Shown in pieces: positions 55,589 through 64,000 of a stretch of DNA of 64,000 nt (its first letter is position 1; the number at the start of each line of letters is the position of its first letter). The stretch spans positions 3,889-67,888 of the forward strand of contig JAJCXT010000053.1 in the NCBI GenBank assembly GCA_029263295.1, written 5' to 3'. Made by a program: the position numbers and the translations under genes. This DNA comes from Acidobacteriota bacterium. GTDB lineage: Bacteria; Acidobacteriota; UBA890; WLXD01. The notes below the pieces were generated by a model. The model was not told the origin of the DNA, did no database searches, and was given only the letters and a program-made list of their open reading frames with translations.

Positions 55589-56983
55589 CTAGATCGCCAG
55601 TCCAACGACAAAGTACAGAACCGTCGCGCCGATTCCACCGACCAGCGCGTAGGGAATCTGCGTGGTGACATGCTCGATGTGGTCGCAGCCGGCCGAAAGC
55701 GAAGACACCACCGTCGAGTCGGAGATAGGCGAGCAGTGATCGCCGAAAATCCCGCCTCCCATGACTGCGCCGATGACCAGCGGCAAGAAAGCCCCGCCCT
55801 CGATGGCCAGCGGTACCGCGAGCGGCATCAAGATGGCGAACGTCCCCCACGAACTACCCGTCGAGAACGCGATGACACACCCGGTCAGGAAGACCAGCGG
55901 CGCGACTGTGGCCGGCGAGAGCATTGGTGCCACGATACTCGCTACCCATGGCCCCGTGCCGAGTGCCTTGACGATGGCGCCGATTCCCAGCGCGAGCCCG
56001 AGAATCACGGCGATGGGAAGTAGCTGCTGGAATCCCTTCATCGAGATTTCGACCATCTCGACAACCCCGAAGAGCCCCTGCACCCAGTACATGATCATGG
56101 CCACGACCACGGCCCCCGAGACGGCCCAGAACACCGCCGTCGAACCCGAGCCCTGCGTCCAATCGCCATCGCCGGTGGCCAGCAGCGCGAACGGGACGAT
56201 CGCCACGAGAACGATCACGGGGATCAGCAAGTTACGGGCCTTCTTACCCTTCTCGGGCACCTCGCCGTCGAGATCCTCGCTGGTGCCGACCTTACCGCGG
56301 CCGGAGCGCGCAGCCTCTTCCGCCACCCGCATCGGGCCGTAGTCGCGTCCAGAGAGCGCTATGAACAGGACCGTCGCCAACGCCAGCCAAGCATAGAAAT
56401 TAAACGGGATCGCGGCAATGAGTACGCTGATCGGGTCCTCTATTCCCTCCGCCACCAGCAAGCTCAGCAGCATGGCCCCCCAAGCATTGATCGGGATCAA
56501 CACGCAAATTGGCGCCGAGGTCGAGTCGCAGACGTAGGCCAGCTTGGCGCGCGAGAGCCCGACGCTATCGTAGAGTGGCCGCGATACCGTGCCGGTCACC
56601 AGGCAGGTGATGTTGGACTCGATGAAGATCGAAACGCCGAGCGCCGCCGAGATCAGCTGCGCTGACACGCGCCCGCGCACCCATCCCCGCGCCACCATCC
56701 ATTCGGCGAAACCGGTCACGCCACCTGAACGCTGCATCAGCAAGATCAGGGCACCGATCACAAGCGTGAACAGGAGCGTGGGCGTGTTTGCCGGATCGCT
56801 GACCACCGCTGTGAGCTGCTCGAGGCTGCCAACCAATCCCGCGACCGGATTGAATCCGGCGAGGATCGTCGCGCCAGCCCAGATTCCAGCAAACAACGAC
56901 AGGTGGACCTGCTTGGTGCGCAGCGCCAACACGATGGCTATCGCGGGAGGCAGTATCGACAACCAGCCGTAGTCAGGAGTCAT
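55589..56983 (-). CDS. Na+/H+ antiporter NhaC-family transporter
   Basis: 464 aa and polytopic. N-terminal SILPPAIAIVLALRTKQVHLSLFAGIW and C-terminal ..GDHCSPISDSTV.SS.. are typical of the NhaC family. Confidence 0.8.
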   Translation of the reverse strand: MTPDYGWLSILPPAIAIVLALRTKQVHLSLFAGIWAGATILAGFNPVAGLVGSLEQLTAVVSDPANTPTLLFTLVIGALILLMQRSGGVTGFAEWMVARGWVRGRVSAQLISAALGVSIFIESNITCLVTGTVSRPLYDSVGLSRAKLAYVCDSTSAPICVLIPINAWGAMLLSLLVAEGIEDPISVLIAAIPFNFYAWLALATVLFIALSGRDYGPMRVAEEAARSGRGKVGTSEDLDGEVPEKGKKARNLLIPVIVLVAIVPFALLATGDGDWTQGSGSTAVFWAVSGAVVVAMIMYWVQGLFGVVEMVEISMKGFQQLLPIAVILGLALGIGAIVKALGTGPWVASIVAPMLSPATVAPLVFLTGCVIAFSTGSSWGTFAILMPLAVPLAIEGGAFLPLVIGAVMGGGIFGDHCSPISDSTVVSSLSAGCDHIEHVTTQIPYALVGGIGATVLYFVVGLAI

Positions 56984-57109
56984 AGGATCCTTTCGCGCAG
57001 GGAGGGTGGCTCATGGTACACGCCAGCGCCGGCGCCGTGCTGCCGGGGCCCATCACGCCTGTGGCACGAGCCTCAATCGTGCTCCGACGCCCTGCTAGAC
57101 TGCCTGGTC

Positions 57110-57838
57110 ATGCCAACAGCCCAGGGTCGATTCCACTACTACTACGGCCTTGAGCAAGTGCGTTGCTTCGCGAGCTGGATCGTAACGGTAGTCGCTTCGA
57201 TCTTCTTCGGCGGCGCCGGCGTCATCTTCTCGTTCGTTGATCGCAAGGGCAACGCGACGCAGGCATGCGCACGATACTGGGCCCGCACCGTATTGTGGAT
57301 TCACGGCGTGCACCTGACGGTCCTCGGCCTCGAGCACCTGGAACCCCGACAGAGCTACGTGTTCGTCGCGAACCACAACTCGCAACTGGATATCCCGACG
57401 CTTCTGGCGGCGCTGCCGGTGCGGTTTCGTATGTTCGCCAAGGAGTCTCTCTTCCATATCCCCTTCGTGGGTTGGTACATGCGCCGCGTGGGCTACGTGC
57501 CCGTGCCCAGAGGCGGCGCCGCCACCAATCTCAAATTCGCGGCTCAGCAGGTACTGAGCGGCGCTTCGATGCTCGTGTTCCCCGAGGGGACGCGTACCGA
57601 GGAGACGGAACTGACCCGCTTCCGCAAGGGCGGCTTCTACCTTGCTCGAAACGCCGGCGTCCCGCTCGTTCCTGTCTCGGTCATCAACAGCGGTCGCCTT
57701 CTGCCGCGCGGCAAGATCTGGGTGAACCTGGGCCTGGTCGAGGTCCGCATCGGCCAGCCAATCGCCTCGGACCAATCCGAGTCGTTGGCAGAACTGGCCG
57801 AGCGCTGCCGACAACGCGTCGCTGAGCTACCCCTGTGA
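57110..57838 (+). CDS. plsC: 1-acyl-sn-glycerol-3-phosphate acyltransferase
   Basis: HX4D motif (VANHNSQLD), FPEGTRT and PLVPVSV blocks. The start is trimmed to ATG 57110. Confidence 0.85.
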   Translation: MPTAQGRFHYYYGLEQVRCFASWIVTVVASIFFGGAGVIFSFVDRKGNATQACARYWARTVLWIHGVHLTVLGLEHLEPRQSYVFVANHNSQLDIPTLLAALPVRFRMFAKESLFHIPFVGWYMRRVGYVPVPRGGAATNLKFAAQQVLSGASMLVFPEGTRTEETELTRFRKGGFYLARNAGVPLVPVSVINSGRLLPRGKIWVNLGLVEVRIGQPIASDQSESLAELAERCRQRVAELPL

Positions 57839-58542
57839 TCCCACTTCGCGACGAGAACCCGAGCCGCCACAAGCCGTGGATGATGTGGCTCCTGCTGGCA
57901 GGCAACCTCGCGATGTTCGCCTACCAGATCCAGGTACGTGCCGCGGGCGGCGACGAGGCGTATGTGGCGTTGTTCTTCCGGCTCGGGCTGATCCCTGAAG
58001 CACTTACTTCGCCGAGCGCCTGGGGCAGCATGCCGCTGCCCGCGCCCCTGACACTCTTCAGTTCGATGTTCGTGCACGGCGACCTCTTCCACCTGGGGGG
58101 CAACATGCTCTACCTGTGGATATTCGGCGACAACGTCGAAGACGTCATGGGACCACTCCGCTTCCTCGTCTTCTACCTGCTTTGCGGGCTGGGCGCTGCA
58201 GCTACTCAGGTCGTTCTCATGCCCGGCAGCGACGTCCCGATGGTGGGGGCCTCGGGTGCCATCGCTGGCGTCCTCGGCGCCTATGCCCTTCTCTACCCCA
58301 GGGCCCAGGTGCTGACTCTGGTGTTTCTGCTGATATTCATCAGAATCATGTACCTGCCGGCCGTCGTACTGCTCGGCATCTGGTTCCTGATGCAGTTGCT
58401 GTCCGCCGGAAGCGGCGGTGGCGCGGGCGTCGCCTGGTGGGCGCACATCGGCGGCTTCGTCGTCGGAGTGCTGCTAGTCCGCGCATTCGCCGTACGCCTG
58501 CCCCAGCGCACGATACAGACTACCTACCACCGCATCGACTGA
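57835..58542 (+). CDS. rhomboid family intramembrane serine protease
   Basis: 235 aa. FVHGDLFHLGGNMLYLWIFG (H..N), catalytic GASGAIAGVLGAY and ..AHIGGF.. The GTG start overlaps the plsC stop. Confidence 0.9.
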   Translation: MIPLRDENPSRHKPWMMWLLLAGNLAMFAYQIQVRAAGGDEAYVALFFRLGLIPEALTSPSAWGSMPLPAPLTLFSSMFVHGDLFHLGGNMLYLWIFGDNVEDVMGPLRFLVFYLLCGLGAAATQVVLMPGSDVPMVGASGAIAGVLGAYALLYPRAQVLTLVFLLIFIRIMYLPAVVLLGIWFLMQLLSAGSGGGAGVAWWAHIGGFVVGVLLVRAFAVRLPQRTIQTTYHRID

Positions 58543-58637
58543 TGCGTGCTCCGGATCCACCCGCTCAATCGAAGCGGCCAAGGACTCCCGTGGTCGGTTC
58601 GGATCATCCATGGTTGTGGACATCTGCGGTGCGGCCA

Positions 58638-58777
58638 GAAGGGCGGGATTACACCCGCCTCAGCGTGCATCGCCTGCAGTGAGACGAGGAGTGTGCGGCC
58701 ACGACGCGCGCGCAAGAGCGTCGGAACCCCCCGACCGCCGGTCACCGCACGCTGCGGTGGGTGTAATCCCGCCCTTC
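58638..58777. repeat. 140-nt element bounded by 31-nt imperfect inverted repeats (29/31)
   Basis: The left arm 58638-58668, gaagggcgggattacacccgcctcagcgtgc, matches the reverse complement of 58747-58777, gaagggcgggattacacccaccgcagcgtgc. The 78-nt interior has its own small hairpin, cgacgc-N10-gcgtcg. It lies between the convergent rhomboid and sucD genes. Confidence 0.7.
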
Positions 58778-58787
58778 ACCCTACCCC

Positions 58788-59663
58788 CTAGGGGCCGAGA
58801 ACCTCGAGCGCCTTCGCACCGATCTCGGAAGGACTCTCCACAACGTGGGCGCCAGCCTCACGCAGCGCCTTCATCTTCTCGGCAGCGGTGCCCTTGCCGC
58901 CGGCGATGATCGCCCCGGCGTGCCCCATGCGCTTGCCCGGCGGCGCGGTCTGGCCGGCGATGAAAGCGATCACCGGAAGCGGATAGTCGTCGGCGATGTA
59001 TGCCGCCGCCTCCTCTTCACCACTGCCACCGATCTCGCCGATCATCACCACCGCCTCGGTCTTCTCGTCCTCCGCGAACCGTTCCAGGCAGTCCCTGTGG
59101 GTCGTGCCTATCACCGGGTCGCCGCCAATACCGATGCAGGTGGTCTGACCGAGCCCGACTCGGGTCAACTGGTCGACAGCCTCGTAGGTGAGCGTGCCCG
59201 AGCGCGAGATCACGCCCACGCGCCCTTCCTTGTGCACGAAGCCCGGCATGATGCCGACCTTGCACTGACCCGGCGTAATCACGCCTGGGCAGTTCGGTCC
59301 GATAAGGCGCGTGCCCCGCGCGTTGCAGTAGCCGACGACGTCGACCATGTCGAGGGTCGGAATACCTTCCGTAATGCAGATCGCCAGGCGCACGCCAGCA
59401 TCGGCCGCTTCCATGACAGCGTCCGCCGCGAATGGTGGCGGCACGAAGATCATCGACACGTCGGCTCCCGTAGCCTCGACCGCCTCGATCACCGTGTTGA
59501 AAATCGGCACCTCGTCCTGGAACAACAAGCCGCCCTTGCCCGGGGTCACCCCGGCTACCACATTGGTGCCGTACTCGCGGCACTGCTGGGTATGGAACGC
59601 ACCCTCGGAGCCGGTGATTCCCTGAACGACTATCCGCGAGTCGGAATCGACGAAAATACTCAT
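58788..59663 (-). CDS. sucD: succinate--CoA ligase subunit alpha
   Basis: 291 aa. [41 protein letters not shown] and MGHAGAII. Confidence 0.95.
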   Translation of the reverse strand: MSIFVDSDSRIVVQGITGSEGAFHTQQCREYGTNVVAGVTPGKGGLLFQDEVPIFNTVIEAVEATGADVSMIFVPPPFAADAVMEAADAGVRLAICITEGIPTLDMVDVVGYCNARGTRLIGPNCPGVITPGQCKVGIMPGFVHKEGRVGVISRSGTLTYEAVDQLTRVGLGQTTCIGIGGDPVIGTTHRDCLERFAEDEKTEAVVMIGEIGGSGEEEAAAYIADDYPLPVIAFIAGQTAPPGKRMGHAGAIIAGGKGTAAEKMKALREAGAHVVESPSEIGAKALEVLGP

Positions 59664-60848
59664 CTAGGCCTCCGCCTGTCCGCTTGCAGCGGCAACTGCT
59701 TTCTCGGCGGCTTCGTGCAATGTCTCGGCCACGATGAACTCGACGTCGGAGCCGCGCAGAATCTCGCGCCCCTCTTTGGCGTTGGTACCCTGCAGACGCA
59801 CGACAATCGGGACGTCCACCGCGACTGTATTGAGGGCCTCGATCACACCCTTGGCCACACGATCGCAGCGAACGATGCCCCCGAAGATATTGATCAAGAC
59901 GGCAGAGACGCGCTCGCCCTTCATGAGAATCCGGAATGCACTCGCCACCCGCTCCACGGAAGCGCCGCCGCCAACATCGAGGAAGTTGGCCGGGAACCCT
60001 CCGGCGTTGCTGATCTCGTCCATGGTGCCCATCGCCAGGCCGGCACCATTAACCATGCAGCCGACCGTTCCATCGAGCGCCACGTAACTGAGACTGTGCT
60101 CGGCGGCTTCCATCTCCAGCGGCTCCTCCTCGGAGGTGTCCCGCAAGGCAGTCAGTTCCGGGTGCCGATAGAGAGCGTTGTCGTCGATGTCGAACTTCGC
60201 ATCGAGCGCGATCACGCCATCGTCGCCCGTGATTACGAGAGGGTTGATCTCGGCGAGCGACGCATCGAGGTCGCGGTACGCGTGCGAGAGTTTCATCATC
60301 GTCGCCGCCACGCCGCGCGCCGCCTTACCGGTGAGACCGAGACGATAAGCCAGCCGCGTTGCCTGGAAGGAACGAAGTCCCCACCCCGGCTCGCAGTGCT
60401 CGCGCACAATCGCGTCCGGGTTGGTGTCCGCAACCTCCTCGATGTCCATGCCGCCTTCAGCGGATGCGATGACAACGGGGCAGCCCCGGCCGCGATCGAG
60501 CGTAAGGGCGACGTAGAGTTCATTCGCAATGTCGGCGCCGGCCTCGATGTAGACCTGGTTTACGGCCACGCCTTCTGGTCCGGTCTGCGGCGTCACCAGC
60601 TGACTCCCGAGCATCGCCGCCGCGAACTGCGCGGCCTCGTCGGCACTCGAGGCCAGCTTGATCCCGCCGCCTTTGCCGCGGCCGCCCGCATGCACTTGGG
60701 CCTTAACGGCTACCCGGGCGCTGCCCGCATCGAACAACTTCGCCGCGCCCGAGCGCGCCTCTTCCGCGGTAGTCGCGACGTGCCCTTCAGGAACAGCAAC
60801 GCCACGGTCACGTAGCAACGCCTTGGATTGGTATTCGTGGAGCTTCAA
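59664..60848 (-). CDS. sucC: succinate--CoA ligase subunit beta
   Basis: 394 aa. MKLHEYQSKALL...GV.VP.G....., ATP-grasp, ..NIFGGIVRCD..A.G...A. Confidence 0.95.
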   Translation of the reverse strand: MKLHEYQSKALLRDRGVAVPEGHVATTAEEARSGAAKLFDAGSARVAVKAQVHAGGRGKGGGIKLASSADEAAQFAAAMLGSQLVTPQTGPEGVAVNQVYIEAGADIANELYVALTLDRGRGCPVVIASAEGGMDIEEVADTNPDAIVREHCEPGWGLRSFQATRLAYRLGLTGKAARGVAATMMKLSHAYRDLDASLAEINPLVITGDDGVIALDAKFDIDDNALYRHPELTALRDTSEEEPLEMEAAEHSLSYVALDGTVGCMVNGAGLAMGTMDEISNAGGFPANFLDVGGGASVERVASAFRILMKGERVSAVLINIFGGIVRCDRVAKGVIEALNTVAVDVPIVVRLQGTNAKEGREILRGSDVEFIVAETLHEAAEKAVAAASGQAEA

Positions 60849-61498
60849 CGTAGGGACAATGGGTTAGGCCAGCGACGAACGATCGCCGACGCGGTGAGAA
60901 TCTTGAGCGCGTCGCCAGGCAGGAACGGCGCGACGCCCATCAGGAACGCCTGTTGCGGGCTGAGATCAAGCAGCAGTGCCAGATGCAACGCGCCACAACT
61001 GAGAATGATTGCGGAGCCCGCGGCCATCGCCAGGGCGGTCCGTGTGGTGCTCTTCTGTTCGCCATTCAGCAAACGCCCCACCACCATCACAGCCACGAAC
61101 CAGCCGAGGATGTACCCCCCCGTGGCACCCGCGAACGCAGCTATCCCACCTCGGAACCCTGACATCACGGGCGCGCCAATCAGCGCCACGCCGACATAGA
61201 GTGCCAGGCCGGGTTGCGCCACGCGCGTCCCCAGCCATGCGGCACCCACATAGAGCATGAACGTCTGGAGCGTAATCGGCACCGGCGTAAAGGGCAGCGG
61301 GATTCGCACCTGGGCAGCGATCGCCAGGGCCATAGCAAAGCCCACCACGCCAAGGGCAACACGTGCTGCGGAGAGACCATCCGTACGGGTTTCGAGGGCG
61401 CGGGTCAGAGCGTTAGGCAAGGCATACCTCCAGCGAGAACTTGCCCCCGAAGGAGCTGATGAACAGTCGGCCGGCCGACCTGCAAGCGAGGCTACCAT
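60845..61498 (-). CDS. bioY: biotin transporter BioY
   Basis: ..IAAQVRIPLPFTPVPITLQTFMLYVGAAWLG.....L.LY...G..G.PV......G......PTGGY..G.. is the BioY signature. The start is uncertain; the track start gives a long N-terminal extension. The stop overlaps the sucC start by 4 nt. Confidence 0.8.
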   Translation of the reverse strand: MVASLAGRPADCSSAPSGASSRWRYALPNALTRALETRTDGLSAARVALGVVGFAMALAIAAQVRIPLPFTPVPITLQTFMLYVGAAWLGTRVAQPGLALYVGVALIGAPVMSGFRGGIAAFAGATGGYILGWFVAVMVVGRLLNGEQKSTTRTALAMAAGSAIILSCGALHLALLLDLSPQQAFLMGVAPFLPGDALKILTASAIVRRWPNPLSLR

Positions 61499-61556
61499 TC
61501 AGACACGGTCGGTCAAGCGATTCCCGGCCGCTCCAGTGACCCGCGGCGGAGGTTGC

Positions 61557-62627
61557 CTAGCCGATCGAACGATCGAACGCCGGAGCGATCTGGCGCAGTT
61601 GCGCCACCAGCGTCTCGAACTGCTCTGGAAAGAGCGATTGGGGCCCGTCGGACAGTGCTTCCTCAGGCTTATGGTGCACCTCGATGAGGAGGCCATCGGC
61701 CCCGGCTGCCACGGCCGCACGGGCAAGCGGAGCAACTTTGTCGCGAATCCCGATGGCATGGCTCGGGTCGCCGATCACTGGCAGGTGCGAGAGTTTCTTG
61801 ACGATCGGGAATGCTGAGATATCGAAGGTATTGCGGCTGTGTCGCTCGAATGTTCGAATCCCGCGCTCGCAGAGAATTACGTCGTGGTTACCACCCGCCA
61901 TGATGTACTCGGCGGACATGAGCCACTCCTCGATTGTCGCTGACAGTCCGCGCTTCAACAGAACGGGCTGACGCTGGCGCCCGAGAGCCTTCAGCAGGGC
62001 GAAGTTCTGCATATTGCGCGCCCCGACCTGAAAGATGTCGACATACTCCGACATCAGCTCCAGTTGGGATGAGTCCATCACCTCCGAGATGGTCTTCAGC
62101 CCGTGTGCCTCAGCCGCCGCCCGCAAGTAGCGCAGGCCTTCGCCACCCAGTCCCTGGAACGAGTAGGGCGATGACCGCGGCTTGAAAGCTCCGCCCCGCA
62201 GCACCTTCGCACCGGCCTTGGCCACATGCTCGGCAACGATGTGGATCTGCTCTTCGCTTTCCACGCCGCAGGGGCCCGCCATCAGGACGACCTCGGGGCC
62301 GCCGATGACGACATCGCCAACCTCGATGAGGGTCGGTTCCTCACGGAACGACCGCGACACGAGCTTGTATGGCTTGGAGATCTTCAGGACCTCCTTCACT
62401 CCGGCAAGAACCCGCAGCTCGCGCGGGTCTATGGCGGAGGCGTTCCCTCCAACCGCTCCGATAACTGTGCGTTCGGCGCCGGACGACCGATGGGCGTCGA
62501 ATCCCATCGCCGTCAGCCGCTCGATCACCTTCTCGATCTCGACCGGCCCTGAACCGCTCTTCATGACGATGACCCTGCCCACTCCTCCGCCACTCACAAC
62601 CTTGGCGAGTTGCTCTGTTGCTTTCAT
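61557..62627 (-). CDS. aroF: 3-deoxy-7-phosphoheptulonate (DAHP) synthase, type I-beta with N-terminal ferredoxin-like regulatory domain
   Basis: 356 aa. The N-terminal ~80 aa (VIVMKSGSGPVEIEKVIERLTAMGFDAHRSSGAERTVIGAVG) are followed by a KdsA-like core (MAGPCGVESEEQ, LRGGAFKPRSSPYSFQGLG, KRG, DPSH). Confidence 0.9.
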   Translation of the reverse strand: MKATEQLAKVVSGGGVGRVIVMKSGSGPVEIEKVIERLTAMGFDAHRSSGAERTVIGAVGGNASAIDPRELRVLAGVKEVLKISKPYKLVSRSFREEPTLIEVGDVVIGGPEVVLMAGPCGVESEEQIHIVAEHVAKAGAKVLRGGAFKPRSSPYSFQGLGGEGLRYLRAAAEAHGLKTISEVMDSSQLELMSEYVDIFQVGARNMQNFALLKALGRQRQPVLLKRGLSATIEEWLMSAEYIMAGGNHDVILCERGIRTFERHSRNTFDISAFPIVKKLSHLPVIGDPSHAIGIRDKVAPLARAAVAAGADGLLIEVHHKPEEALSDGPQSLFPEQFETLVAQLRQIAPAFDRSIG

Positions 62628-62637
62628 ATCTTGGTAT

Positions 62638-62934
62638 TCAAGTCTGGTTCTTCAAACGTTCGAAGCGCCTTGCTTCGTCGAGGATTCTCTCAAAAAGTCG
62701 CCGTATCGCCTCATCATCCAGCGGGCCGCGATTCGCACCGAGAACTCGCTCAAAGATGACCTCCTCTCTGTCGGGCTGATAGATCGCCTGACCGAGACCC
62801 TGCTTCGCCCGACCGATCTCAGCGGCACGCTCGGCACGTGAGTTGAGCAGTCTCACCAGCTCCAGGTCAATCTCGTCGATCACGTCACGGGCGTTCTCGA
62901 TAGAGCGGCGGATGTCACTGTCTGCGCTCATCAA
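62638..62934 (-). CDS. chorismate mutase (AroQ class)
   Basis: 98 aa. ..IDEIDLELVRLLNSRAERAAEIGRAK......IYQPDREEVIFERV......PL.DEAIRRLFERI..E.R is a monofunctional AroQ helix bundle. ATGA overlap with trpA. Confidence 0.9.
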   Translation of the reverse strand: MMSADSDIRRSIENARDVIDEIDLELVRLLNSRAERAAEIGRAKQGLGQAIYQPDREEVIFERVLGANRGPLDDEAIRRLFERILDEARRFERLKNQT

Positions 62935-63743
62935 TCCACCTCCCGCAGGCCGCGCTCTCGCGCTGCCTCGGACAATTCAGACACCAACTCCGCCACGGCC
63001 GAGGTGGGATCCGAGCTCTGCCTCATCGCGTCAATCAGAGCGCTGCCGACAACGATGCCCGCGGCGTGAGGCCCGAGAACACGGACCTGCTCGGCTGACT
63101 TCACCCCAAACCCGACAACGAACGGTTTCTCGGCAAGCCCTGCTACCCGTTCGAGGAACTCTACGGTGCTTGCCGCGAGGCTGCCACGCGCCCCGGTCAC
63201 TCCAGTAACGCTCACGCAGTATGAGAAGTGCGTCGATGCCGCATCGACCGCCCGCACGCGATCATCCGGCGTGTTCGGTGCCATCAGGAATACAGTCGAC
63301 AATCCCGCGGCGGCACAGGCCTCGCGGTACTCGCCCGCTTCTTCGGGCGGCAGGTCGGGAACGATGAGCCCGTCTACGCCGGCCGCCGCCGCGTTGAGGG
63401 CAAAGCGATCGAGGCCGTACCGAAACAGCGGATTGCAGTAGCCCATCAACAGGATCGGGACCGCGTCGAGACTCGGGCCGGCACGCAGGTCGCGCACGAT
63501 GTCGAGCACCCCGGCGATCGTCATCCCGTTGCCCAAGGCGACTTCGCTGGCCGCCTGGATCGTCGGACCATCTGCGAGCGGGTCCGAGAACGGCATTCCT
63601 ATCTCGATCATGTCGGCCCCGGCACCGACCATCGCGCGAACCAGATCCGCGGTCGCGGCGATCTCCGGGTACCCCGCGGTCACGAACGGCATGACGAGGG
63701 GCCGCCGAGTTGAAGCACGCAGGGCGTTCTCGATGCGACTCAT
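62931..63743 (-). CDS. trpA: tryptophan synthase alpha chain
   Basis: 270 aa. ..PFVTAGYPE........GAD.IEIGMPFSDPLADGPTIQ.A...AL.. Confidence 0.95.
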   Translation of the reverse strand: MSRIENALRASTRRPLVMPFVTAGYPEIAATADLVRAMVGAGADMIEIGMPFSDPLADGPTIQAASEVALGNGMTIAGVLDIVRDLRAGPSLDAVPILLMGYCNPLFRYGLDRFALNAAAAGVDGLIVPDLPPEEAGEYREACAAAGLSTVFLMAPNTPDDRVRAVDAASTHFSYCVSVTGVTGARGSLAASTVEFLERVAGLAEKPFVVGFGVKSAEQVRVLGPHAAGIVVGSALIDAMRQSSDPTSAVAELVSELSEAARERGLREVD

Positions 63744-64000
63744 GACTCGCGACTCTCGAGATACGCGGCCATGCTGGCAACGTCCTTGTCACCGCGACCC
63801 GACAGGCAAACGACGACTCTGTCGTCGACCCGCAACTCACCCTTCTCCGCCAACACGTACAGCTGCGCGATCGCGTGCGCAGATTCGAGCGCCGGAATGA
63901 TCCCCTCGATCTCAGACAGGCGTTGAAAAGCCGCCACGGCCTGCGCGTCCGTGATCGCCACGTACTGCGCCCGACCGGTTTCCAGCAACCATGCGTGTTC
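63740..64000 (-). CDS. trpB: tryptophan synthase beta chain, C-terminal part (gene runs off window end)
   Basis: ..VAITDAQAVAAFQRLSEIEGIIPALESAHAIA........VVVCLSGRGDKDV is the TrpB C-terminus. The frame is open to nt 64000. ATGA overlap with trpA. Confidence 0.9.
   Translation of the reverse strand, partial: EHAWLLETGRAQYVAITDAQAVAAFQRLSEIEGIIPALESAHAIAQLYVLAEKGELRVDDRVVVCLSGRGDKDVASMAAYLESRES

Noticed and set aside
53898-55850. 650-aa version of the M16 peptidase ORF; similarly 50921..52336, 34804..36624, 34134..35006, 38304..39245, 56903..57838, 39265..40347 and 26173..27312
   Set aside because: The track reports the most upstream ATG, GTG or TTG. The N-terminal extensions are Arg/Gly-rich nonsense that overlaps well-supported neighbouring genes. 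Internal starts that abut the upstream stop and begin the conserved sequence were used instead.
58638-58777. Calling the 140-nt inverted-repeat element a MITE or mobile element
   Set aside because: No target-site duplication is visible at the flanks (..gcggcca | accctac..), no second copy was noticed in the window, and no transposase is present. It is kept as a repeat/structure finding only.
58845-60815. 656-aa plus-strand ORF
   Set aside because: It is exactly antisense to sucD and sucC, both unmistakable, and is a shadow ORF with Arg/His/Gly-rich composition. The same reasoning applies to 35080..36432 (antisense to pyrG), 46074..47429 (antisense to manC/manB), 54135..55358, 49722..50924, 15732..16607 and the other long antisense ORFs.

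Overview
GC-rich 64-kb chromosomal window from a diderm bacterium, inferred from the Kdo/LPS genes, LapB, LolA and a PilQ secretin. I support about 72 protein genes and saw no rRNA, tRNA, CRISPR array or IS/transposase. The ORF track treats ATG, GTG and TTG as starts and reports the longest ORF, so several starts were trimmed by hand.

Most of the window is minus-strand housekeeping operons:
- gcvT (partial), and comEA with a pseudopilin
- proS, aroK-aroA, and an NSS transporter with a 36-aa MetS-like micro-ORF
- pilMNOPQ followed by two lipoproteins, pepP, accB and accC
- ridA, rel/spoT, yajC-secD-secF, tgt-thiL-cca and nrdR
- a Kdo/LPS block: kdsB-pyrG-kdsA-kdsD-kdsC-lapB plus a PTPS/QueD-like gene
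- lipid genes, an ispB-like gene, lolA, metG, nth, glyQS and manC-manB
- a DASS transporter with an enolase-superfamily racemase, a GNAT and Nif3
- an M16 peptidase pair, nhaC, plsC, a rhomboid protease and bioY-sucC-sucD
- DAHP synthase, chorismate mutase, trpA and trpB (partial)

The stand-out is a plus-strand island at 27.3-29.3 kb. It is a compact bacterial-microcompartment (BMC) locus with one BMC-H gene and three BMC-P genes. The only adjacent enzyme is a class II aldolase with a C-terminal linker and amphipathic helix that looks like an encapsulation peptide. None of the usual metabolosome core enzymes occurs anywhere in the window.

Other points worth a second look:
- Two uncharacterised lipoproteins are translationally coupled to pilQ.
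- accC and kdsA each carry a 1-nt frameshift, and pepP has no canonical start. These may be assembly indels.
- Tandem REP-like hairpin units with compensatory stem changes lie between secF and rel.
- A 140-nt element with 31-nt inverted arms lies between the rhomboid gene and sucD.
- A degenerate ThiD-like protein is present.
- A GNAT/racemase/DASS cluster resembles the N-succinyl-amino-acid racemase pathway.
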